29,178 nucleotides of DNA, taken from assembly GCA_036378075.1 (NCBI GenBank), contig DASUXE010000113.1, forward strand, positions 1 to 29,178. Reading direction: 5' to 3'. The notes under the pieces were generated by a model. It worked only from the letters and a program-made list of their open reading frames with translations. It was not told the DNA's origin and ran no database searches. The position numbers were made by a program, and so were the translations under genes. Positions within the stretch are counted from its first letter, which is position 1. Every line of letters begins with the position of its first letter. Shown one piece after another: positions 16,505-24,891 of this stretch. The DNA is from Gammaproteobacteria bacterium. Its GTDB lineage: Bacteria > Pseudomonadota > Gammaproteobacteria > Natronospirales > REEB76.

Positions 16505-17541
16505 GAAACGGTCAGCACCGGCACCTCGGGTTTCCCGAGGCGCGCGCAGACAATCTGCGCCAGTGCCCTGATGTGGTCGGCACGTGCATTGAGCGCCCGA
16601 ATGTAACGCAGCGCATCTCCCCCGGCATCGTGGAATACGTCGGCATAACGCATGGCGATTTCTTCCAGTGTTTCCAGGCAATCGGTCGCAAACCCGGGAC
16701 AGATCACATCCACGGTTTTCATCCCGTTTGCAGCCAGTTGCCTCAGCGTCACATCGGTATAGGGCTGCAGCCAGGGTGCCGGCCCGAACCGCGACTGGAA
16801 CACCAGTTGCCAATCGGTGTCGGCAAGGCCAAGCGCAGCGCCCAGCAATTGGGCGGTGCGTGCACATTGCGCTGGGTAGGGGTCACCCTGATTCGCGACC
16901 TGCTGGGGGATGCCGTGAAACGAGATCAACAGTTTCTGGCCCCGGCCGTGCTGTTGCCAGTGTTCACGTACGCTGGCCGCGAGTGCGTCTATGTAAGCCG
17001 GATGATCGTGGTAGTCACGAATCGCGTGACCCACCGCCAGCGCCGAGGTGGCCGATTCGAGTGCCATCAGCCGCTTGAGCGTGGAGCCCGTAGTGGCCTG
17101 AGCAAACTGCGGATACAACGGCAGCACCACCACCTCGCTCGGTACGATGTCCAGCAATTCGCGTGCTGCCAGTGTCAGTGACGGTTGACCGTAACGCATA
17201 CCGGTCGCGACCGTCACCGGCATGTGCAACTTCGATTCCAGTTCCGTTTCCAGCGCCACCGCAATGGCCCGGGTTTCGTGCAGCAACGGCGAACCCTGGG
17301 CGGTCCAGATGCGCTGATAGGCCTCAGCGGATTTTGCCGGCCGGATGCGCAGCACCAGCCCATGCAGGATCGGCCACCACAGCAGGCGCGGCAGGGTGAC
17401 GACATCCGGGTCGGAAAGGAATTCTGCCAGGTAGCGGCGCAGTGCCGCGGGGGTGGGCGCATCCGGGGTACCGAGGTTGACGAGCAACACGCCGAGATGC
17501 GGCGCATCCGTATCTGCAACAGTATGGACGGGCTCGGACAT
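16501..17541 (-). CDS. hemH: Ferrochelatase
   Basis: 'GVLLVNLGTP', 'YL.EFLSD', 'MRYGQPS', 'LPLYPQF', 'LISFHGIP', 'FQSRFGP..WLQPYT', 'PGFATDCLETLEEI'. Confidence 0.98.
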   Translation of the reverse strand: MSEPVHTVADTDAPHLGVLLVNLGTPDAPTPAALRRYLAEFLSDPDVVTLPRLLWWPILHGLVLRIRPAKSAEAYQRIWTAQGSPLLHETRAIAVALETELESKLHMPVTVATGMRYGQPSLTLAARELLDIVPSEVVVLPLYPQFAQATTGSTLKRLMALESATSALAVGHAIRDYHDHPAYIDALAASVREHWQQHGRGQKLLISFHGIPQQVANQGDPYPAQCARTAQLLGAALGLADTDWQLVFQSRFGPAPWLQPYTDVTLRQLAANGMKTVDVICPGFATDCLETLEEIAMRYADVFHDAGGDALRYIRALNARADHIRALAQIVCARLGKPEVPVLTVS

Positions 17542-17683
17542 TGGCGAAGCGTGATCCTGACAAGAAAGCCGCCCAGATTATGGCATGCCGCGCGCTATTC
17601 GCCGAACTGCTTAACGCCTATAGTGTATCGCGGGGTGCGGGCGGTAGTCGCCGGCCAGGCATGCACGTACAAGGAGTCGACCC

Positions 17684-18145
17684 ATGTCCATGCTCAAGGA
17701 TTTTCGCGATTTCGCCATGCGCGGCAACGTCGTGGACATGGCGGTGGGTATCATCATCGGTGCCGCCTTCGGCACCATAGTCAAATCGCTGGTGGATGAC
17801 GTGATCATGCCACCGATCGGTCTGTTGCTCGGCAATGTGGATTTTTCCAACCTGTTTGTGGTGCTCAAACAAGGTGTCAAAGAAGCCGGGCCCTACGCCA
17901 CCATCGCCCAGGCGCACGCTGCGGGTGCGGTGACCTTGAATTACGGCCTGTTTATCAACACCGTCATCAGCTTTATTATCATTGCGTTTGCAGTCTTCAT
18001 GCTGATCAGCGCGATGCAAAAAGCACAAAAGAAATTCCATAAAGCCGAAGCCGTGGCTGCGCCGACCACCAGGGAATGTCCGTATTGCTTTACAGCAATC
18101 AATATCAAGGCAACACGCTGCCCGAATTGCACGTCCAATCTCTGA
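17684..18145 (+). CDS. mscL: Large-conductance mechanosensitive channel MscL with a C-terminal Cys4 (zinc-ribbon-like) tail
   Basis: '[40 protein letters not shown]', '[12 protein letters not shown]' and tail CPYC-x10-CPNC. SD AAGGAG. Confidence 0.97.
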   Translation: MSMLKDFRDFAMRGNVVDMAVGIIIGAAFGTIVKSLVDDVIMPPIGLLLGNVDFSNLFVVLKQGVKEAGPYATIAQAHAAGAVTLNYGLFINTVISFIIIAFAVFMLISAMQKAQKKFHKAEAVAAPTTRECPYCFTAINIKATRCPNCTSNL

Positions 18146-18165
18146 ATATTCCGGTCACGGACAAT

Positions 18166-18204
18166 GAAAAGCCCGCTACTGTCCAGACAGCAGCGGGTTC
18201 TTTA
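18166..18204. terminator. Bidirectional intrinsic terminator between convergent mscL and thiolase
   Basis: An A-run (GAAAA), then stem GCCCGCT-a-CTGT / ACAG-c-AGCGGGT, followed by TCTTT. Confidence 0.65.
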
Positions 18205-18219
18205 TCAGGCAGGCAGTTA

Positions 18220-19509
18220 TTAGCGTTCCAGAATCGCAGTCACACCCATACCGCCGCCGGTACAGATCGAAATCAGTCCGCGACCCGAGCCTTTTTCGGC
18301 CAGCAGTTTGGCCAGCCCGCCGATGATGCGTCCGCCGGTGGCGCCGAATGGATGTCCGAGCGCCACGCTGCCGCCTTTCACGTTGAGCTTGTTGCGGTCG
18401 ATGCTGCCGAGGGCTTGCTGGCGACCCAGCCGGGTGCGGCAGTATTCGTCCGATTCCCAGGCCTTGAGTGTGCACAGTACCTGTGCGGCAAACGCTTCAT
18501 GGATTTCATAGAAATCGAAATCCTGGAGTTTGAGTCCGGCGCGATCCAGCATTTTTGGCACTGCGTACGTCGGCGCCATCAGCAGACCTTCGCGCGGGCC
18601 GTTCATGCCGGCGAAATCCACTGCCGCCACTTCGCCGTAGCTCAGATAGGCCAGCACCGGCAGGTTGTGCGCCCGGGCCCAGTCTTCACTCGCCAGCAGC
18701 ACCGCTGAGGCGCCGTCGGTCAGCGGCGTGGAATTACCGGCGGTCAATGTGCCGGCGCCGCTGCGGTCGAACGCAGGCTTGAGTTTGGCGAGTTTCTCGA
18801 GCGTGGTGTCGGCACGCACGTTGTTGTCCATGGTGGCACCGTTGAAAGGCGTCACCAGATCGTTGAAAAAGCCTTCCTTCCACGCTGCGGCAGCCTTGGT
18901 GTGACTCGCGTAGGCCAGTTCGTCCTGTTCCTGTTGTGTCAGATTCCATTCCTTGGCCATGACTTCGCAGGATTGTCCCATCGAGAGACCGGTGCGCGAT
19001 TCGGTGACCGCGGGGAAATGCGGTTTCAGATCACGCAGGCGCCAGCGCGAGAGCGCCTTCATGCGTTGTCCGAAAGTCCGCGCACGATTCAGGTCCAGCA
19101 GGATCTGCTGGTAATGACGGCCGAACACGATCGGTACATCGCTCGCTGAATCCACGCCGGCGGCAATCGCGCTGTCGAGTTCGCCGATGGCGATACGGCT
19201 GGCGAGTTCGATCGCGTCCGACAACGAGGTGCCGCAGGCGCGGTCATAATTATGTCCTGGCGTGTGTGGACTGAGACCACTGCCGAGCACCGCTTCGCGC
19301 GTCATGCTCCAGTCGCGCGAATGTTTCATCACCGCACCGGCGGCGACGTCGCCGATGATTTCGCCCTTGAGGTTGTACTTGTCCACCAGCGCCTTGAGTG
19401 CGGCGGTCAGCATCTCGAGGTTGCCGAGACGCATGTAATTGGTATTCATGCGACAGAACGGGATACGCATGCTGCCGACGATGGCAACGCGACGGATAGT
19501 CTGGGACAT
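18220..19509 (-). CDS. Acetyl-CoA C-acyltransferase (thiolase), FadI-like
   Basis: Catalytic 'RACGTS', 'GNSTPLTDGASA', 'EIHEAFAAQ', 'NVKGGSVALGHPFGATG', 'ICTGGGMG'. Start at MSQTIRR (19509). Confidence 0.93.
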   Translation of the reverse strand: MSQTIRRVAIVGSMRIPFCRMNTNYMRLGNLEMLTAALKALVDKYNLKGEIIGDVAAGAVMKHSRDWSMTREAVLGSGLSPHTPGHNYDRACGTSLSDAIELASRIAIGELDSAIAAGVDSASDVPIVFGRHYQQILLDLNRARTFGQRMKALSRWRLRDLKPHFPAVTESRTGLSMGQSCEVMAKEWNLTQQEQDELAYASHTKAAAAWKEGFFNDLVTPFNGATMDNNVRADTTLEKLAKLKPAFDRSGAGTLTAGNSTPLTDGASAVLLASEDWARAHNLPVLAYLSYGEVAAVDFAGMNGPREGLLMAPTYAVPKMLDRAGLKLQDFDFYEIHEAFAAQVLCTLKAWESDEYCRTRLGRQQALGSIDRNKLNVKGGSVALGHPFGATGGRIIGGLAKLLAEKGSGRGLISICTGGGMGVTAILER

Positions 19510-19634
19510 GGTGAGCCTCCGAGCTGGGAAACCGGGCTCCGGCCGGCGGCCGGGCACAACATCATGCCACAGTCACGCCGGACACGTGAAATTGCTATGA
19601 TGCCGTCCCCGTTTTCCGCTGCGGTGTGCGTTGC

Positions 19635-21005
19635 ATGGACAGCCAGCGTCCGGTTCCAAGTCCGCAGTACGCCGTGCCGCGTCGCGAAGTTGCGGCATTA
19701 CTCGCGATCGGCGGACCCCTGATCGTGCATAACCTGGCGCTGGTGGGCATGGGACTCACCGACACCATCATGTCTGGATTGCTCGGCGCACATACCCTGG
19801 CCGCAGTCGCGGTCGGCGCCAACATCTGGGCGCCGGTTTTTCTGCTGGCACTGGGCATACTGATGGCACAGTCCCCGACCACCGCGCATCTGTATGGCGG
19901 CGGCAGACTGCGCGAGATCGGTCACTATGCGCGGCAGATCGCCTGGTTGTCACAAGTGCTGGGCTGGGGCGGGTTTGTGTTGCTGCGCAATACCACGCCG
20001 TTCATGCAGGCGATTCACATCGAAGCGGACATCATTCCGAATGCTGGTGCCTATCTCGATGCGCTGGCATGGGGCATGCCGGGCGTGTGCCTGTATCAGG
20101 GCTTGCGCTTCACCAGCGAAGGTATTGGTCACACCCGTCCGATGTTGGCAATTGCTTGCGGTGGTTTGCTGGTCAATATCGTGCTGGATTACGTCTTGAT
20201 GTACGGCAAACTGGGGTTGCCGGCGCTGGGTGCGCGAGGCTGTGGTTATGCGACTGCCGTCACGCAATGGTTGATGTGCGCGGCATTGTTACTCTACATG
20301 TATCGCCGCAGCCTGTTTCAACCGCTGGAACTGTTCGCGCGTTTCGAATGGCCGCAGTGGCAACCGCAAGCCGAATTGATTCGGCTGGGTGTACCGATTG
20401 GCATCGGCATTTTCATGGAGTCGTCGTTGTTTGCCGGTGTTGGGTTGATGATGGGCACGCTGGGCGCCGACGTGGTGGCAGCACACCAGATTGCCATGAA
20501 TTACGCCTCGTTCGTGTTCATGGTGCCCATGAGCATCGCACTCGCGATCTCGGTGCGGGTGGGACATGCCATCGGTCGCGGCGATGCAGCCGCTGCCCAG
20601 CTGGCGGGATGGACCGGAATCGGGTTGTGTGCCGCGTTCGAGGTCCTGTCAGCGCTCAGCATGCTGTTGTTCCCGCACTTGATCGTCGGCGTCTATACTC
20701 GCGACGCAGGCGTTGCACGTATCGCGGTCGGACTCCTGTATATGGGCGCCATCTTCCAGATATCGGATGGTTTGCAGACCAGCGCCGCCGGCGCCCTGCG
20801 CGGTTACAAGGACACGCGTATCCCGATGATTATCACGATCATCGCGTATTGGCTGGTCGGGTTTCCGCTTGCATGGCTGTTCGGTATCCCCATGCACCTC
20901 GGACCGCAGATGATCTGGGCCGGTTTCATTGGCGGCTTGACGGTCGCGGCAGTGTTGCTGGTGCTGCGTTACGCACGGTTGAGTCGCCGCACGGCTATTG
21001 TTTAG
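19635..21005 (+). CDS. MATE family efflux transporter, NorM/MdtK-like
   Basis: 'TDTIMSG.LG...LAAVAVG', 'SEGIGHTRPM', 'YGKLGLPALGARGCG.AT', 'FQISDGLQ...GALRGYKDT'. About 12 TM segments. Confidence 0.93.
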   Translation: MDSQRPVPSPQYAVPRREVAALLAIGGPLIVHNLALVGMGLTDTIMSGLLGAHTLAAVAVGANIWAPVFLLALGILMAQSPTTAHLYGGGRLREIGHYARQIAWLSQVLGWGGFVLLRNTTPFMQAIHIEADIIPNAGAYLDALAWGMPGVCLYQGLRFTSEGIGHTRPMLAIACGGLLVNIVLDYVLMYGKLGLPALGARGCGYATAVTQWLMCAALLLYMYRRSLFQPLELFARFEWPQWQPQAELIRLGVPIGIGIFMESSLFAGVGLMMGTLGADVVAAHQIAMNYASFVFMVPMSIALAISVRVGHAIGRGDAAAAQLAGWTGIGLCAAFEVLSALSMLLFPHLIVGVYTRDAGVARIAVGLLYMGAIFQISDGLQTSAAGALRGYKDTRIPMIITIIAYWLVGFPLAWLFGIPMHLGPQMIWAGFIGGLTVAAVLLVLRYARLSRRTAIV

Positions 21006-21927
21006 GATGCGCGGCAAAGAATTGCCACATTACATTCGTCGCGTTTACAGCATCGCTCGGTTTATCCAGCATGCGACTCAGGCGTTCTCCGCCGGGCCAG
21101 GCGTGACCGCCACCCTCAATAACGTAATAGGCAATCGCGGTACCGTCACGGCATCCGCGATAGGTCTTGATGTCGAGCTTCGCTTGTTGTGATTCCTGCG
21201 GAGTGGAATCGCAGCCGTCGGCTTTTACCCAGAAATCGATGCTGTTCTGCACCGGTGGGCGGTTATCTTTTATGAACGCCTTGTTACCGACGCCGCCGTT
21301 GAGCGGCACGTTCTGATCCGCGCTACCGTGGAAATCGATCACCGCGACCGGATGCGAGGGTTTGCAATCCGTATCGGTGATGATGCCCGAGACAATCCCG
21401 ACTGCGGCGAAGATATCGCTGGCTTCGCAGGCCAGCGTGTACGCCATCATGCCGCCATTGGAGATACCGGTGGCGTAAATCCGTTTGGGGTCGATTCGAT
21501 AGTCATGCGCAACCTGTTTAACTACTGCCCGAATGAATCCCACATCGTCCACGTGGTTGACGAGCGCATAGCCACAACAGGTGCCGGCATTCCAGGTCAG
21601 AAATCCGGACTTTCCCATCCGCTTCAACAACGCCCGGGGGCGGTCGGTGCCGTTGGGATAAACGACCAGGAAACCCGCCTGATCCGCTTGCGCATCAAAC
21701 CGGGTCATCTTGATTGTCGGCACAGCGCTGCCCCCGCCACCGTGCATCACGAGCACCAGCGGCATGGGTCCTGCAACCGCCGGCGGCACATGCAGCTGGT
21801 AGCTTCGATCCCGGCCGCCGAACTGCAGGTGTATCAGCGGATCCGTTGTGCCATGCGCGGACTGGGCCAACAGGCCCATCGCCACCACCGCTGCAACGCT
21901 ACTCAGTATCCCCGGATTTGCTGACAT
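20995..21927 (-). CDS. Secreted esterase, PHB-depolymerase/LpqC-like family
   Basis: Signal peptide, 'VMHGGGGS', 'VVYPNG', 'WNAGTCCG', GISNG nucleophile, 'FHGSADQNVP', 'GGGHAWPG'. SD AGGAGAGG. Its 3' end overlaps the MATE 3' end by 11 nt. Confidence 0.85.
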   Translation of the reverse strand: MSANPGILSSVAAVVAMGLLAQSAHGTTDPLIHLQFGGRDRSYQLHVPPAVAGPMPLVLVMHGGGGSAVPTIKMTRFDAQADQAGFLVVYPNGTDRPRALLKRMGKSGFLTWNAGTCCGYALVNHVDDVGFIRAVVKQVAHDYRIDPKRIYATGISNGGMMAYTLACEASDIFAAVGIVSGIITDTDCKPSHPVAVIDFHGSADQNVPLNGGVGNKAFIKDNRPPVQNSIDFWVKADGCDSTPQESQQAKLDIKTYRGCRDGTAIAYYVIEGGGHAWPGGERLSRMLDKPSDAVNATNVMWQFFAAHPKQ

Positions 21928-22039
21928 GTACGCCTCTCCTGTCATAACTCCCTGGTGAGCATAACGTCCGCCGCCAGAAACCGCTGACTGTCACATCGAT
22001 GCGCTATGCTTGATGCGGACCCACACCGGAATCGCCACC

Positions 22040-22456
22040 ATGCTGCATCGTGAAACCGTTCGGAAAACAGGCCGCCAGGCCATCGCTGTTATCGAGGACA
22101 TGGGCCTGTTCCTGATTCTGGCTGCGACGGTCGTCGCCATCGGTCAGGAGTTCTGGCACATGATCGAAGCGCGCAAGGTCGAACTCTCGAACCTGTTGCT
22201 GCTGTTCATTTTCCTCGAAGTCATCACCATGGTCGAATACTACTGGCGCTTGGGCAAGCTGCCGGTAAGGATTCCGCTCTACATTGCCATGGTGGCTCTC
22301 GCGCGATTCCTGATTCTGGATACAGAAGACGCGCATAACCTTCAGGCTCTCTATATCACCGGCGCAATCCTGATTCTGGCGCTGGCGGTATTTGTGGTGC
22401 GGTTTGGGCACCTGAAGTTCCCGTATGAAGACCAGAACGGATCCGGTGATTACTGA
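22040..22456 (+). CDS. PsiE family (phosphate-starvation-inducible E-like) membrane protein
   Basis: 'LLLLFIFLEVITMVE.Y...GKLPVRIPLYIAMVALARFLIL'. Start uncertain (22010, 22013 or 22040); 22040 fits a -10 TATGCT at 22005-22010. Confidence 0.8.
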   Translation: MLHRETVRKTGRQAIAVIEDMGLFLILAATVVAIGQEFWHMIEARKVELSNLLLLFIFLEVITMVEYYWRLGKLPVRIPLYIAMVALARFLILDTEDAHNLQALYITGAILILALAVFVVRFGHLKFPYEDQNGSGDY

Positions 22457-22586
22457 ATTCAGGCGCGCTCGCGGCTTTGATACGGCATTCGCGTCAACCG
22501 GGAACTGTTGAGTGCGTTCGTGATAAGGACACGCCAGGATCAGCGCGTGAACAAACAAATATAAATATTGTTCGGGGGGTGCAGTG

Positions 22587-23708
22587 ATGTCGGCGCATCG
22601 GGTTTGGCGGATCATCGGCGGTTTTGTTCTGCTTGTCATGGTAAGCGCCTGCGGCAGCGGCGATTCAGGTTCGTCGTCGGGTGGTGGTTCCGGCGGCCAG
22701 CCCTTATCCGATCAGCAACGTGCACAGGCGGCAGAGACAACAGCCAGCACCAACACGCAATGCACGTCGCTGACACCCTTCTATTGGGAAATTGGCGACA
22801 AGGATGGTGCAATGGTCAGTGGTACGGGTGGCGACAATTCTTCATCACCACCCAGTTCGATCACGGTGATGGCGATTGCTTCGGCGTCGAAATGGATATT
22901 TGCGGCCTATGTGCTTGAGAAGCTGGATATATCAGGCACCAATCCACTGACCAAAGACGAAATTCAGTTACTCAATTTCACCAGCGGTTATCACAATCTG
23001 TACGACGCAACCTGCTGGTTGAGCACGACTGTCGGTGGTTGTTTTAGCGCCAGCAATCCTCTGGGCGGCAACAACAACGATCAGATCACGGCAGACATCG
23101 GCAAGTTTTACTATAACGCGGGACACATGCAGGCGCTGGCAACCAATGTAATAGGCCTGGGTGGCGATTATGACAATATTGTCACGACCACGCCCAAGCT
23201 TGCTACCGAAATCGAAACCTACGTCGGGCAGGACATTAATTTGATTTATACCAACCCAGCGTTAGCGGGCGGTATAGCAATGTCACCCGGGATGTATTCG
23301 GCATTTTTGCGCAAGATACTCAGCGGCGATTTGCGGATGAAGAACTATCTGGGTGTTGACGCCGTGTGTGCACACGCCAATTCCAGCGATTGCCCCACGG
23401 CCATCTACAGCCCCGTCAATCAATCGGCGCCGGGCAAGAGCAACGACATAAACGACGAAGCCTGGCATTATTCACTGGGCCACTGGGTTGAAGATGATCC
23501 GGCCGTCGGCGACGGTTCGTTCAGTAGCCCGGGCGCAGATGGGTTTTATCCATGGATCGATGCCTCGAAAACCTATTACGGTGTCCTCGCACGTTATGTG
23601 CCCATTGCAACTGCAAGCGCAGCGCCAGCAAAGGAAAAACCCTACGTGACGTCGGTGTACTGTGGCCGTCTGATTCGCAAAGCCTGGCTAAGCGGCAATC
23701 CGCAATAG
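22587..23708 (+). CDS. Lipoprotein with a divergent serine beta-lactamase/PBP-like hydrolase fold (putative)
   Basis: Lipobox VSAC, Gly/Ser linker, 'IASASKW' (SxxK), 'FYYNAGH', 'YSLGHW' and 'SSPGADGFYPWID'. Start is GTG 22584 or ATG 22587. Confidence 0.62.
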   Translation: MSAHRVWRIIGGFVLLVMVSACGSGDSGSSSGGGSGGQPLSDQQRAQAAETTASTNTQCTSLTPFYWEIGDKDGAMVSGTGGDNSSSPPSSITVMAIASASKWIFAAYVLEKLDISGTNPLTKDEIQLLNFTSGYHNLYDATCWLSTTVGGCFSASNPLGGNNNDQITADIGKFYYNAGHMQALATNVIGLGGDYDNIVTTTPKLATEIETYVGQDINLIYTNPALAGGIAMSPGMYSAFLRKILSGDLRMKNYLGVDAVCAHANSSDCPTAIYSPVNQSAPGKSNDINDEAWHYSLGHWVEDDPAVGDGSFSSPGADGFYPWIDASKTYYGVLARYVPIATASAAPAKEKPYVTSVYCGRLIRKAWLSGNPQ

Positions 23709-23758
23709 TCTGCACGAATCTGCCACACGCACAATATCCATAATCGGCTGCAAATCGC

Positions 23759-24787
23759 ATGAAACCATCCCATCCAGTCTGTCTGATGCTGGCGGCATGG
23801 TTGCTGATCGTCATCATGGTGCCGGCGGACGCGGGGTTGCTGTTTCGGCACAAGAACGATACCTACGCCAATTGCGATGGCTTGATCCCTCCCATTACTT
23901 CTGGCTACGGCGCCGATGGGCAGTATCAGCTCTCATCCTCGACGATCCCCAATCCGAGTTTGCACCGCAAGCCGGTGCAGGTTTTCTTCCCGCAAGGAGC
24001 AACCGGCAAGCTACCGGTGATTTTCTTTTCGCACGGCTTCGGCCCCGGCAAGTGGGAAAGCTATGCGGATCTGATCAGGCATATGGTCAGCCGCGGATAC
24101 ATTGTGGTGTTTTCCAGTTATGCCCAGGCGTTTACCAGCATTGACGGACGCTATTCGAGTTTGTGGCAGGGCTTTCAGGCGGCAGCGGAGAAATATGCCG
24201 ACCGCATGGATCTCAGCCGGGTCGGGTTTGTTGGTCATTCCTTCGGCGGTGGCGCAACCCCGGCGATGGCGTATCGGGGCATCGTGCAGCATGGCTGGGG
24301 CAAGCACGGCGCGTTTCTGATGGAACTGGCGCCCTGGTATGTATCGCAGATGAACAACGGGCAACTGGGGCGGTTTCCGGCGGGCGTACTCCAGGTCACC
24401 GAAGTGTACGAGCAGGATGACACCAATGACCATCGCATGGCGATTGATATCCATGCGCATACGCACATGACCGATCGCTACTATCTGTTGGTGCATTCAG
24501 CGAGCATCAAGGGTTGCGCGGTGAAGGCTGATCACGCAACGCCAGGACGCAATACCTCCCTGCGGCAGAAACAGTACGCGGTATTCCGCCCCTTCGACGC
24601 GCTTGCCGATGCGGCGTTCAACGCGTCTACGGCAGCGCGGACTGCATTGTCGGATATGGCACAGACCGCTACAGGCAGTGCCTATCAGCCGTTGTCGCTA
24701 GAAACGCAGCCGGCGCCGCTGCAACCGGAATCCTATTACCGGTACCCGTGGAGCGGGAAGGACAATCCGCGCCGCGACGGTTTCTGA
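23759..24787 (+). CDS. Secreted alpha/beta-hydrolase, chlorophyllase/cutinase-like
   Basis: Signal peptide, 'PVIFFSHGFG', 'SRGYIVVF', 'DLSRVGFVGHSFGGG' (S161). Candidate catalytic D220/D221 and H259. Confidence 0.8.
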   Translation: MKPSHPVCLMLAAWLLIVIMVPADAGLLFRHKNDTYANCDGLIPPITSGYGADGQYQLSSSTIPNPSLHRKPVQVFFPQGATGKLPVIFFSHGFGPGKWESYADLIRHMVSRGYIVVFSSYAQAFTSIDGRYSSLWQGFQAAAEKYADRMDLSRVGFVGHSFGGGATPAMAYRGIVQHGWGKHGAFLMELAPWYVSQMNNGQLGRFPAGVLQVTEVYEQDDTNDHRMAIDIHAHTHMTDRYYLLVHSASIKGCAVKADHATPGRNTSLRQKQYAVFRPFDALADAAFNASTAARTALSDMAQTATGSAYQPLSLETQPAPLQPESYYRYPWSGKDNPRRDGF

Positions 24788-24891
24788 CGCCAGCAGCGCA
24801 TTCCAGAGCCCCTGCCCCCACCTGATCACGCTTGCGCCATACGGGTGGCTCCGTTAGCCTCACGCAACCTATCGCCTTCAGGAGACTCCCC

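Noticed and set aside
16505-16867. N-terminal extension of ORF 15785-16867
   Set aside because: It lies inside hemH in another frame. The ATGA-coupled start at 16504 explains the gene.
20995-21005. 11-nt convergent overlap of the MATE and esterase 3' ends
   Set aside because: Short tail-to-tail overlaps are common in compact genomes and nothing else suggests regulation.
21939-22010. Pho box upstream of the PsiE-family gene
   Set aside because: CTGTCAC (21988-21994) sits 10 nt before a -10-like TATGCT, but the half-site 11 bp upstream is missing. The other CTGTCAT (21939-21945) is 49 bp away, out of phase, and overlaps the esterase RBS. Too weak to call.
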